Below, piece after piece: positions 10,313-19,081 of a DNA stretch of 64,000 nt. Below the pieces are notes generated by a model that was not told where the DNA came from, did no database searches, and saw only the letters and a list, made by a program, of their open reading frames with translations. The DNA is taken from positions 1,585,951 to 1,649,950 of the forward strand of contig OZ242221.1 in assembly GCA_965206845.1 (NCBI GenBank), given 5' to 3'. Each line of letters starts with the position of its first letter. The stretch's first letter is position 1. A program made the position numbers and the translations under genes. The DNA comes from Cenarchaeum sp. (GTDB lineage Archaea; Thermoproteota; Nitrososphaeria; Nitrososphaerales; Nitrosopumilaceae).

Positions 10313-10642
10313 TTACTGATCGTCCCTGCATCTTCTTCTGTGCCTCTGCCGGTGTTCGTCATGGTGTGGCCGGCATCCGGTTGTACCGCGCACGCCGATT
10401 GGCGGCGGGCGAGACCGGCCGGACACGTTTTGTCTCATCTGGATCACTGCAGGAACGATGCCAATAATTGCAAGCGCGGCAAAAACTGCTGGAATTGCAA
10501 AGACACCGATGTTTCTGACGTACAGTGCCGGATGCTCACCGGGCATGCCGGTAGCTCTCGCCAGGTAGTTTGTGGAACCCCATACAAACGCAAGGGCAAG
10601 GGCAGCCAAGGCAGAGAATGGTACCCAAAGTCCGGCTTTCAT
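10313..10642 (-). CDS. Hypothetical 2-TM membrane protein (3' end possibly eroded)
   Basis: Two hydrophobic helices; ATGA overlap with the upstream ORF; lower-GC region. Confidence 0.45.
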   Translation of the reverse strand: MKAGLWVPFSALAALALAFVWGSTNYLARATGMPGEHPALYVRNIGVFAIPAVFAALAIIGIVPAVIQMRQNVSGRSRPPPIGVRGTTGCRPHHDEHRQRHRRRCRDDQ

Positions 10643-11319
10643 TTCTTATTCCTAACTATTAGTATGGTCATTATCAAGGACGAAATGACAACCGGAAAGA
10701 AAACAAACCCGATACCACTGTGCAAAATATTGGCAAATCCGGAGCTCTCTAGCCCATCTGCCGTGCCTGACCAGGCGCCGATGCCGTCACCGGTATCCAA
10801 CATAGTGGTGGACTGGACCGTCAAAACTACTGCGGTTACAACAAAGTATGTTGCGGCAAGCGTTGCCGCAGCAGCTGTCAATGGTCTGTTTTCTGTGGGA
10901 TTTGCTATCTTTTTTTGAAGCAGGAACGCCACAAACCCTGCTACGGCTCCAACAATGACTCCTGCCATGGGCCCTAGAACCTGCAGAAATGGAATTACCA
11001 TGGCTGCCCCGGTAATGATCCCGAGCGCAATTCCCAACAACTTGATGTCTTTAGATATCGCTGAAAGAATCAGCCACGACACGAGAGAGAATGCGATGGC
11101 AACTACCAGAACAACTATGGCGCTTGTCGCGACTTCATCTACCATGAATTCGTTTGTACTAAACTTCGATCCCTCAAACCAAGGAACCAGTACAAGAAAC
11201 GCCGCAACTGCCATCAAAAGACCGGTTTTCACTCTAGGCAATCCAGAACCCGGCGCAGGATATTTTTCCTCTGTATTCAAAATAAGGTGACTCCGTGTGA
11301 CTTGAATACAGGTCTTCAA
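10639..11319 (-). CDS. Membrane protein with a partial ammonium-transporter (Amt)-like segment
   Basis: LGIALGIITGAAMVIPFLQVLGPMAGVIVGAVAGF resembles the Amt G..AGLVAITP...A.I.G..AG segment; ~6 TM only; start uncertain. Confidence 0.5.
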   Translation of the reverse strand: MKTCIQVTRSHLILNTEEKYPAPGSGLPRVKTGLLMAVAAFLVLVPWFEGSKFSTNEFMVDEVATSAIVVLVVAIAFSLVSWLILSAISKDIKLLGIALGIITGAAMVIPFLQVLGPMAGVIVGAVAGFVAFLLQKKIANPTENRPLTAAAATLAATYFVVTAVVLTVQSTTMLDTGDGIGAWSGTADGLESSGFANILHSGIGFVFFPVVISSLIMTILIVRNKK

Positions 11320-11788
11320 ATTTTGCTACATCGCCGGCTGACATGCCAGTAGAAACACTGGTATTGTTGCCGCCTTGTGTAGCCAATGGGAACTTAACTC
11401 GCTATTCAATATATTAAACCCATCGCCATGCAGGGGACAGTCTTGCTCAAACACCACGGCAAGTATTTTTTTTGAGCCTGGGAACACTGGCAGGATTCTC
11501 GCCTGTGATTCTTGCTATTGGTAGAGAAATCTACTTTGCCGCCTCATTGGAACTGGCAAGATATGTTGTGGCAGCTCCTTTGGTGTGGGGAGAATACCTA
11601 TTTGCAACAATGTGGGGGTAAAACAGCGCCATTGCCAAAACCACAACTACGGGAAGAATGAGTTTCATTTTCATCTTCACAAACCCCCCTGCATTTATGA
11701 CATGTGGGCGTCAATTCCGGTGTTTACCAGCCTGCTGTCACTCTTTCACTGAAAGTTCTATATCCTGCGGGTGCGGCAGTGGTAACAT

Positions 11789-12763
11789 ATGCGCTACACC
11801 TCGTTTGAGCACCAGGGCGTGGCCAGGGTTATATCCCTGCTCAAGTCGCAGACCGGCAGGCGCCTCGGAATTGGGGAGATTAGCGACATCTTGGGCATCG
11901 GCCGGGATGCGGTGCGGAGGCACATCAACGAGATCAGGGGGCTGGGCTACTCCCTGGAGTCCGGGAACGGGTACAGGCTGACAGGGATCACCGGTCTGCC
12001 GCTTCCATGGGAGATTACCGAGAGCATTAAGACAGAGCTCCTGGGACGGCGGGTGCACTTTTTTGATTCTATCGAGTCCACACAGGGTTACGCAGTGGAT
12101 CTTGCGGCAGGCGGCGGCGAGCTGGGCTCTGTGGTAATTGCCAGGGAGCAGACCGGAGGAAGGGGGAGGCTCGGAAGAAAGTGGGCGTCCCCGCCCGGCG
12201 GCGTGTGGATGTCGGTGGTGTTGTGCCCGGATCTTGATGCCGATGTGGTTACGCTGCTTCCCGCAGCGGCATCCGTGGCGCTCTCCGTAGCCATGGATGG
12301 CGTGCTGGGCATCAAGACCGGGATCAAGTGGCCAAATGACATTCTGGTAGAGGGGGGAAAGGCGGCAGGCATCATCATCGATGCAGACATTGAGTCAGGC
12401 AAGATCCGGAGCTTGGTACTGGGAGCAGGAATCAACCTCAACGTCAGCGCCGGACTGATCGAGGACATGGTTGGGGAGGCCAAAGGACCCAGAAGGGCGG
12501 CAAGCGTGCCGGGCATGTCTGCAGATGCCCCCGTAAGGCTCATCCAGAAGTTTCTAGCGGAGCTGGAGGCAGTAGCACGGATGTTACAGGAGGGCAGGAC
12601 AGGACAAGTGGTTCTTGCCTGGACCGAGCGCTCGTGCACCATCGGGGAGGTGGTGTCTGCAGGTCGACACCGCGGCACGGCCGTCCGCCTCGACCCTGAC
12701 GGGGCCTTGGTCATCAGACATGGTGCCAGAACCATGAGGATCGTCGCCGACGACATCCTGTGA
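11789..12763 (+). CDS. birA: Biotin-[acetyl-CoA carboxylase] ligase with N-terminal HTH
   Basis: N-terminal HTH, then STQ, EQTGGRGRLGRKW, IKWPND and GKAAGI motifs. Confidence 0.93.
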   Translation: MRYTSFEHQGVARVISLLKSQTGRRLGIGEISDILGIGRDAVRRHINEIRGLGYSLESGNGYRLTGITGLPLPWEITESIKTELLGRRVHFFDSIESTQGYAVDLAAGGGELGSVVIAREQTGGRGRLGRKWASPPGGVWMSVVLCPDLDADVVTLLPAAASVALSVAMDGVLGIKTGIKWPNDILVEGGKAAGIIIDADIESGKIRSLVLGAGINLNVSAGLIEDMVGEAKGPRRAASVPGMSADAPVRLIQKFLAELEAVARMLQEGRTGQVVLAWTERSCTIGEVVSAGRHRGTAVRLDPDGALVIRHGARTMRIVADDIL

Positions 12764-13041
12764 TCCTCGCATTCGATTACCGGATCCATGCCCAGAAGCG
12801 GCGATCCCGCACGCTGCTACGGCCATTAACACAGCTGCCTGCCATTCGTCTGCCCACATTCCACGGCAGTACAGTCCTATCCATGGGCAGCTGCCTGCGC
12901 CGGGCAATTTGGAGTGCCGTGGATCCTCCTGTTCATGTGTGCGCCGGTGCGTAATGTGGGACACAGCGCTTCGCTCATCAGGCTTTCTGTTTCCCCCTAC
13001 TGGCTAGAGGGCGAGCGAATCTTTTTGGCCGTTACTATGCA

Positions 13042-13134
13042 TCAGCGGATGGAAAAGTACAGGGCTATGGCTGCAGTGGCAACCGCGGCTGCGACTCCGA
13101 GTCCGAATATGATCTTGCCCCCGTCCACACTCAT
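13042..13134 (-). CDS. Small single-TM peptide (30 aa, MSVDGGKIIFGLGVAAAVATAAIALYFSIR)
   Basis: One clean hydrophobic helix; ATG ~25 nt from the AT-rich tract at 13156-13169. Confidence 0.5.
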   Translation of the reverse strand: MSVDGGKIIFGLGVAAAVATAAIALYFSIR

Positions 13135-13155
13135 GATGCCAGTCCGCGCAGCGGG

Positions 13156-13169
13156 AATTAATTTGTAAT
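13156..13169. promoter_or_regulatory. Putative bidirectional TATA-like element (aattaatttgtaat)
   Basis: The only AT-rich tract between the peptide ORF start (13134) and the structured region start (~13181-13190), at about archaeal TATA distance from both. Confidence 0.4.
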
Positions 13170-13180
13170 GGTGCTCTGAA

Positions 13181-13497
13181 TCTCTCCCAAATTCGGGCGT
13201 CGGCTGCATGAGTGGCTGACCGGGGTAACCACGGCCGGGCTGGACAAGCGGCGCACTCCAATGGGACACACGGCGATGTTCTGCGCGTAGGGCATGCATG
13301 TCCAGCTAGAACCCGATTGGCGGCAGGAGGATCCTGCAGGATGGTATCCAGAGACGCTCCTGCCTGACGACTACGGGACTCTGGGAGGCTGTGCGGGTGC
13401 GCGACCCGCCATGCGATATGGGCAGTGCGTATATTGTCCTAGGTGATGCGACCTGCCGCTCAACGGCAGGATGCCGATAGCGCCCGAGTTCGAGAGG
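13181..13497 (+). ncRNA. Candidate large structured non-coding RNA of unknown family
   Basis: Terminal helix 13190-13204/13473-13490 encloses perfect stems 13239-46/13299-306, 13322-29/13357-64, 13393-98/13404-09 and 13452-58/13464-70, plus G-U-containing stems; the G-U pairs favour the + strand. Confidence 0.6.
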
Positions 13498-13544
13498 GAG
13501 CCTGTGACGCACCAACTTTAATTATTCGACAATCAAATCTATGT

Positions 13545-13907
13545 ATGCTTCTATCGCTGGAGGGTTACGAAGACGGCATGGTCAGGCAGGCGCTGGACAT
13601 GCTGCTGGTTGACAGGAAGAACGAGTTTCGTGAGCTGGCAGAGGTGCTGTTCTGGAACATTCCACCATCCATGAACCCAATACCGAACTGGGAGTACTTT
13701 GTCATAAACTTCAGCCTGGATGTCAGCCAGGAGTTCCGCATATGGTCGGGCAAGGCGAAGATGCTCCAAAACTCGGATCTAAAGGCGCTGACAATCCTGC
13801 GGCAGCTCTCCAGGGACCAATCATCCATGAACCAGGTAGCACACCGGCTGAACATTGCGTTTGATCTGGCCGAGGAATTCAAGATAATATACCGCAGGCT
13901 GAAGTAG
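13545..13907 (+). CDS. Hypothetical helical protein (120 aa)
   Basis: Protein-like composition; TATA-like ctttaattatt at 13516-13526 upstream of ATG 13545. Confidence 0.7.
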   Translation: MLLSLEGYEDGMVRQALDMLLVDRKNEFRELAEVLFWNIPPSMNPIPNWEYFVINFSLDVSQEFRIWSGKAKMLQNSDLKALTILRQLSRDQSSMNQVAHRLNIAFDLAEEFKIIYRRLK

Positions 13908-14002
13908 CAGCCAGACGATCTGGGCACGGCTCCGTCCTGGCGATGACTGAAGGCGGGGCAGCTGATGCGGAATAGTGTCGGGTTCTGACACACACAAGGA
14001 CG

Positions 14003-14341
14003 CTAGCCGTCTCCAATCCTCCGAACCGTGTTCTCCAGCTCGGCAATGGACCATTTTATCTGCGCAACATCCTCTTTGGTCATCTCGTCCTCCCACCTCT
14101 CCAAGACAGTCCTTGAGATCTGGGCGCACTGGTACAGAACGTTCCAGTAGGGGTGGTGCTCGGCGGTGGTAAACGCAAGCTCCTCCAGATCCTCAAGACC
14201 GCCCCTGGCACGGGCCAAGGCAGTAGCTCTCCTGCCAAAGACTCTTGCCGTGTCTGTCTCTTCCTTTAGATCCAGGCGCACATCGCCAAACGAGCTTGCA
14301 AGCTTTTGAAGGGCCGCGCAGAACTCCCCGAACTCGGTCAA
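14003..14341 (-). CDS. Hypothetical protein
   Basis: Helical, protein-like ORF; TTG start overlapping the upstream TGA (TTGA). Confidence 0.65.
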   Translation of the reverse strand: MTEFGEFCAALQKLASSFGDVRLDLKEETDTARVFGRRATALARARGGLEDLEELAFTTAEHHPYWNVLYQCAQISRTVLERWEDEMTKEDVAQIKWSIAELENTVRRIGDG

Positions 14342-14760
14342 CGGAACAGTCTCCGATGCTCTGCTAGCATGCACCGGTTGAACACCACCTCGATCCCGTT
14401 GCTCCTGGCAAGCTCCTCTGCCTCCGGGTTGTGTATTCCCTCCTGCAGCCAGATTACCTTTGGGCCCTTTGTTATGGCATCCCTGACGACTTGGATGACC
14501 TGATCCGATGGACGGAACACGTCTACGATGTCCACGGGACCGTCAACATCCTCGATCCCGGGGTGGCACTTTTTACCCATTATTCGATCCGCATTTGGAT
14601 TGATGGGGATTATGTTAAAGCCGTGCCTTGAGAGGTACTCTGGAACGAAGCGGGCGGCCTTGGCCTCATTCCTGGAGATACCAACCACTGCCACGTTCCT
14701 GAGAAACAGCATCTCCTTTATCTGATCGTCATCGTGGTGATCCCTTTCCACATCTGACAT
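14338..14760 (-). CDS. CoA-binding protein (YccU-like)
   Basis: VAVVGIS, IPINP, VDIVDVFRPS, VIWLQEG and NRCM motifs. Confidence 0.9.
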   Translation of the reverse strand: MSDVERDHHDDDQIKEMLFLRNVAVVGISRNEAKAARFVPEYLSRHGFNIIPINPNADRIMGKKCHPGIEDVDGPVDIVDVFRPSDQVIQVVRDAITKGPKVIWLQEGIHNPEAEELARSNGIEVVFNRCMLAEHRRLFR

Positions 14761-15186
14761 GCGCTGGATTTCAATATAACGGTTATTTTGCGCCGTTGTG
14801 GTGCCCTGATCCGGCGTGGAGGCGCCATGCTGCCAAGCCGTATATCCAAGACGCCTCCAAGGTATGGCGGCGCCGAGCTGTCCATGTTGTCGGCTTGCAG
14901 GCGCGCCACATGTCCTGCACCAAAGGCAGAACCGGGCGGAGCGTCGCAGATCCGGCGCCATGGCCCGGCGTGGCCAGAAAATGAGACGTCTGTGGCACAC
15001 CCGGAACGGTCCGGCGGCGCGGCAGAATGTCGGCTCCAGACGGGATGCGGTGCGCCGGACGCATGATGTCATCTGCCGCATTGGGTAGATAGCGGGGGTT
15101 TCCCTAATGCGTATGCACCTGTGGCCAGGTGGGGGACGAGCTGGCGCCATGTCTGCCGGGCTGCTTCTATCTTTTTTAGGTAGTGT

Positions 15187-16107
15187 GTGTATTACTATGG
15201 TGTGGAGAGAAACGCCAAGTACCGCCTCTCTGATGGCGGGGTGTGTTTTGAGCATGCGCCGATCACCGATGCAGACAGGGGCGAGGTACTCTGCAGGATG
15301 TGCGGCACCGTAATCACCGACAGAATAGAGGATGTGCGGCACGATCAGTACGGCGACATGTCAGGCTCCAAGAACCTGCACAGGACGGGACCGTCAATCT
15401 CATTGACCATGCATGACAAGGGCCTTTATACCGTAATCGGCAGCGACAACGACTCGTCGGGCAACCGGATCACGGATAAGAGCAAGTTCGATCGGCTCCG
15501 CCGGTGGGACAAGAGGACAAAGTCCGTCTCCAAGACGAGAAATCTGGGAGCCGCCTTTACCCTCCTCCACGGACTCAAGACAAAGCTGGCAATACCTGAG
15601 AGCGTGACAGAGAAGGCGGCTTACTACTACAGAAAGGCGCTGGATCAGAAGCTGATCAGGGGCAGGAGCATGGCTCCGATGCTGCTGGCGTGCCTGTACG
15701 CCGCATGCCGTGAGACCCACACGCCGCGAAGCCTGGAAGATCTCTCGCTTGCCGGCAACATAAGAAAGACCAGCCTCTCCAAGGCGCTCCGCCTGATGGT
15801 GCGGAACATGGATCTGAGGCTGGATCAGTACGACATATCGGCATTTATGACGAGGATGGCCAACAACCTGGGCCTCAGGGAGAAGACCAAACGGGATGCC
15901 CTCTTGATAATCGAGCGGTCGCGCGGTCTGAACATAATCGGGGGAAAGAATCCCGTTGCGTTTGCCGCAGCCGCGCTCTACATGGCTTCGCTTATCAACG
16001 GCGAGCCGGTGACCCAGAGCCTCATGACCTCCTCCTCGGGGATATCCTCCGTTACAATCAGGAATACTGCGGCCCTGATCAAGAAGGAGCTGCAACTCGA
16101 GGTCTAG
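15187..16107 (+). CDS. tfb: Transcription initiation factor IIB (TFB paralog)
   Basis: Zn ribbon CxxH...CRMCG, RTGP...MHDKGL, two cyclin repeats (RGRS...LYAACR, GKNP..AAAALY). Confidence 0.92.
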   Translation: MYYYGVERNAKYRLSDGGVCFEHAPITDADRGEVLCRMCGTVITDRIEDVRHDQYGDMSGSKNLHRTGPSISLTMHDKGLYTVIGSDNDSSGNRITDKSKFDRLRRWDKRTKSVSKTRNLGAAFTLLHGLKTKLAIPESVTEKAAYYYRKALDQKLIRGRSMAPMLLACLYAACRETHTPRSLEDLSLAGNIRKTSLSKALRLMVRNMDLRLDQYDISAFMTRMANNLGLREKTKRDALLIIERSRGLNIIGGKNPVAFAAAALYMASLINGEPVTQSLMTSSSGISSVTIRNTAALIKKELQLEV

Positions 16108-16119
16108 CGCCGGAACTTT

Positions 16120-17625
16120 TTATCCCGTTCCGGCCTGCTCCGCTGCTATGTGCTCCCTCTTTATCCAGACGGTTCCTGATCCGTGGTCCACCAACTCGAT
16201 ACCGGTGCGCGACAGCCCGTCCCGGATGCGATCCGCCTCGCCATACCTTCCCTGCTCCCGCAGCTCCTCCCTTCCATTGATCATCTCCCTTATCCCGGGG
16301 ATGTCCGCGTCGGGTACCTCCGACATGCGGAGCCCCAGAACCCATGCCATCCTGTTGAACCAGTACAGCACGTCCTGCGCGTCGCCCGCGGTGGGCGCCT
16401 GTACTGCGGGAACCGAGGCGGTGGCGTTTACCGCCCTCACTAGGCCAAAGAACGCGTCCAGCGCCATGTGGGTGTTGAGGTCATCGTCTAGCGCGCCATC
16501 AAAGGCCTCTACTGCGCGCCGCACCGGATCGCCGAACAGCCGCCCGGTGCTAGGCGGTGTTGTTCGGGGGACGCGCTCGGACTTGCCAGGCTCCGGATGC
16601 GACTTGGCTCCCCAGGTCCTGAGGTATCCCTGCGGGATGCCGTCGCAGCCTGCCATGTGGAGCAGTTCGTGGTATGCCGCCTCTGCCTGCCTCCACCGCG
16701 ACGTAATCCCCCTTAGGAGTTCATCCGAGTGGTCTACGGGCTTTGCGTAGTGGGCCGACAGGCAGAACAGCCGGATGACGTTGGGTCCCCACCTCTCCAG
16801 GGCTAGCCTGACAGACCTCATGTTGCCCAGGGACTTTGACATCTTCTGGCCACCGATGGTGACCATGCCCACATGCATCCATAGCCTTGCGAGCGGCTTT
16901 GATGTGAACGCCTCGGACTGGGCTATCTCGTTCTCGTGGTGCGGAAATATGAGATCCCTCCCCCCGCCGTGGATCTCAAAACTCTCTCCCAGATACTTGA
17001 GGCTCATGGCAGAGCACTCGATGTGCCATCCGGGCCTCCCGCTGCCCCAGGGACTCTCCCAGAATGGCCCCGATCCTGCAAACTTCCAGAGGGCAAAGTC
17101 CAGCGGGTCGCGCTTGTGCTCGTCCACCTGCACCCTGGCGCCCGAGCGCAGCTCCTCCGTTCTCTTCTTTGAGAGCCTGCCGTATCCGGGAAATCCGGAC
17201 ACCGCAAAGTACACCCCGTTTCTGGTTACGTACGCCGCGCCAGACTCCAGCAGACCCTGGATCATCTCCAGTATCTCCGGTACGTGCTCCGTGGCCCTGG
17301 GGTACGTCGCCGCCCTCATGACGTTTAGCGCGTCCGAGTCCTCAAAGTACCGTGTGATGTACCTGCCGCCCAGCTCTGTCGCGTCCAGTCCCTGCGCCGA
17401 CGCGCGCTCGATTATCTTGTCGTCCACATCCGTAAAATTCTGCACCATCTTTACCGTTGCCCCTCTAGACTGAAGGTACCGTCTGAGGACGTCAAACACA
17501 ATTATGGTCCGTGCGTGGCCCACATGGGCCTCGTCGTAGACCGTGACCCCGCAGACGTAGATGCCCACCGTACCTGACGTGTCCGGCCTCCGCTTCTCCC
17601 CTGTGAGCGTGTCGCGTATCCTCAA
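16120..17625 (-). CDS. cysS: Cysteinyl-tRNA synthetase
   Basis: YVCGVTVYD..HVGH, GRPGWHIECS and KMSKS motifs; TTG start overlaps the nadE stop. Confidence 0.95.
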   Translation of the reverse strand: MRIRDTLTGEKRRPDTSGTVGIYVCGVTVYDEAHVGHARTIIVFDVLRRYLQSRGATVKMVQNFTDVDDKIIERASAQGLDATELGGRYITRYFEDSDALNVMRAATYPRATEHVPEILEMIQGLLESGAAYVTRNGVYFAVSGFPGYGRLSKKRTEELRSGARVQVDEHKRDPLDFALWKFAGSGPFWESPWGSGRPGWHIECSAMSLKYLGESFEIHGGGRDLIFPHHENEIAQSEAFTSKPLARLWMHVGMVTIGGQKMSKSLGNMRSVRLALERWGPNVIRLFCLSAHYAKPVDHSDELLRGITSRWRQAEAAYHELLHMAGCDGIPQGYLRTWGAKSHPEPGKSERVPRTTPPSTGRLFGDPVRRAVEAFDGALDDDLNTHMALDAFFGLVRAVNATASVPAVQAPTAGDAQDVLYWFNRMAWVLGLRMSEVPDADIPGIREMINGREELREQGRYGEADRIRDGLSRTGIELVDHGSGTVWIKREHIAAEQAGTG

Positions 17626-18395
17626 GACGCCTGCCTCTTGTGCGCGCTGTTCCTGTGCAGCGCGATGACCCTCTCTGTGACATCTGTCGTGACTCCGGCC
17701 ATGCCGGGTATCATGTCCAGCGGGGTGCCCTTGTCCAGGTACAGGTGCAGGATCGCATCCACCTCTTCGTAGGACGCGCCGATCTCGCTCTCTGCCTCGT
17801 GCCCCTTCCACAGGTGGGGGCTGCTTCTCTTGGATATTATGCGGGGCGGAACCCCCAGGTGCCCTGCCATTTCCCGCACCTGCAGCTTGTACAGCTCCCT
17901 GATGGGGAATGCGTCTGCCGCCCCGTCTCCAAATTTTGTAAAGTAGCCGATCTGGTACTCGCTTCTGTCACTGGATCCTGCGACCAGCAGGCCTTCTGCG
18001 TTTGCGCAATAGTACAGCATGCCGCACCTGATTCGGGCCCGCAGGTTGCCCAGTGCCACGGGATGCGGTCTCAGGTGCTTTGCATACTCCTCCACAATGG
18101 GGCCGATGTCCAGAAGCCGGTGCTCGATTCCCAGCGACCCTGCAACGTCCAGCGCGTCTGCAGTCTCGGCCTCGGGCGTGATCTCCAGATCCGGCATTAT
18201 CATGGCCAGCGTTCTGCGCCCGGACAGGCCGCGGCACAGCGATGCCGTCACTACCGAGTCGATGCCTCCGCTGAGCCCAAGTACGAACCCCGGGGCACTG
18301 CTCTCCTCAAGCCTGTCAAGAAGGGCCTGCCGGATGCGGCGCGCAATTCCGGCGTAGTCCTGATCCGTAATCTGCCTTATGATGTCCGGGTTCAA
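17622..18395 (-). CDS. nadE: NH3-dependent NAD+ synthetase
   Basis: GLSGGIDS, GNLRARIR and GYFTKFGDG motifs. Confidence 0.93.
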   Translation of the reverse strand: MNPDIIRQITDQDYAGIARRIRQALLDRLEESSAPGFVLGLSGGIDSVVTASLCRGLSGRRTLAMIMPDLEITPEAETADALDVAGSLGIEHRLLDIGPIVEEYAKHLRPHPVALGNLRARIRCGMLYYCANAEGLLVAGSSDRSEYQIGYFTKFGDGAADAFPIRELYKLQVREMAGHLGVPPRIISKRSSPHLWKGHEAESEIGASYEEVDAILHLYLDKGTPLDMIPGMAGVTTDVTERVIALHRNSAHKRQAS

Positions 18396-18411
18396 GAATC
18401 CGATCTCCTAT

Positions 18412-18714
18412 TTAGACATCAACGTATATTCCGTCCTCTCTCTCTTCTACCCTGTGGGTGGGCAGCGAGACATCCCGGAGATAGTCCTGAAGCTCCCCGG
18501 TCTTGTAGTTGTAGTGCCAGAAGTGGTGGGGGCACTCGATGATGTCTCCCTCCACCTTGCCGCATGTGATGGACTGCTCCTGGTGCGCGCACAATGCGTC
18601 AAGCGCGTAGAGGCCGTCCTGGTTGATCACCGCTATCCTTCTCCCGCCCACGTCCACCTCGTCGGCGCCCCCGTTGGGAATGGATCCGCGTTCGGCAACC
18701 TTTCTCCATGCCAT
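18412..18714 (-). CDS. Rieske [2Fe-2S] ferredoxin
   Basis: CAH...CPHH Rieske ligands. Confidence 0.9.
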   Translation of the reverse strand: MAWRKVAERGSIPNGGADEVDVGGRRIAVINQDGLYALDALCAHQEQSITCGKVEGDIIECPHHFWHYNYKTGELQDYLRDVSLPTHRVEEREDGIYVDV

Positions 18715-19081
18715 TGTGTCGGGTTTGATGTGGCGACATATTTAGATTATCGGTTCAAGGCGGCCCCATCTCCGCTTGGGCACGATCTTGTATGCCCGAT
18801 CCGGAAACGTGATCCATAATAAGCAAAAAGCCGTGCGTGTTCGGCTTGGAAATCACACACGCTTTGTGCCTGGGTGCTGATTGTGGGTCAAGTCTCAGCA
18901 GTGCCGGCATCTGCCGTGCTCGCTCGCTGCGGCATATGCACGATCGCGATCGAAGTGGCGATCGGTTAGGCTTCCGCACAACCAGAGGGGAATAACACGG
19001 CGGCCCGGACAGATTAATGGCATTTTGCGGCATGCCGTGCTGCAGTATGAGGGCAGGGCTGCGGTACGGTGCGCTGTCTGC

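Noticed and set aside
13181-13497. Structured region as SRP RNA, RNase P RNA or tRNA
   Set aside because: The size fits SRP or RNase P, but their conserved sequence motifs were not found on either strand, and there is no cloverleaf.
18932-18952. Adjacent palindromes gcatatgc and cgatcgcgatcg
   Set aside because: They are short, single occurrences with no associated promoter or repeat context.
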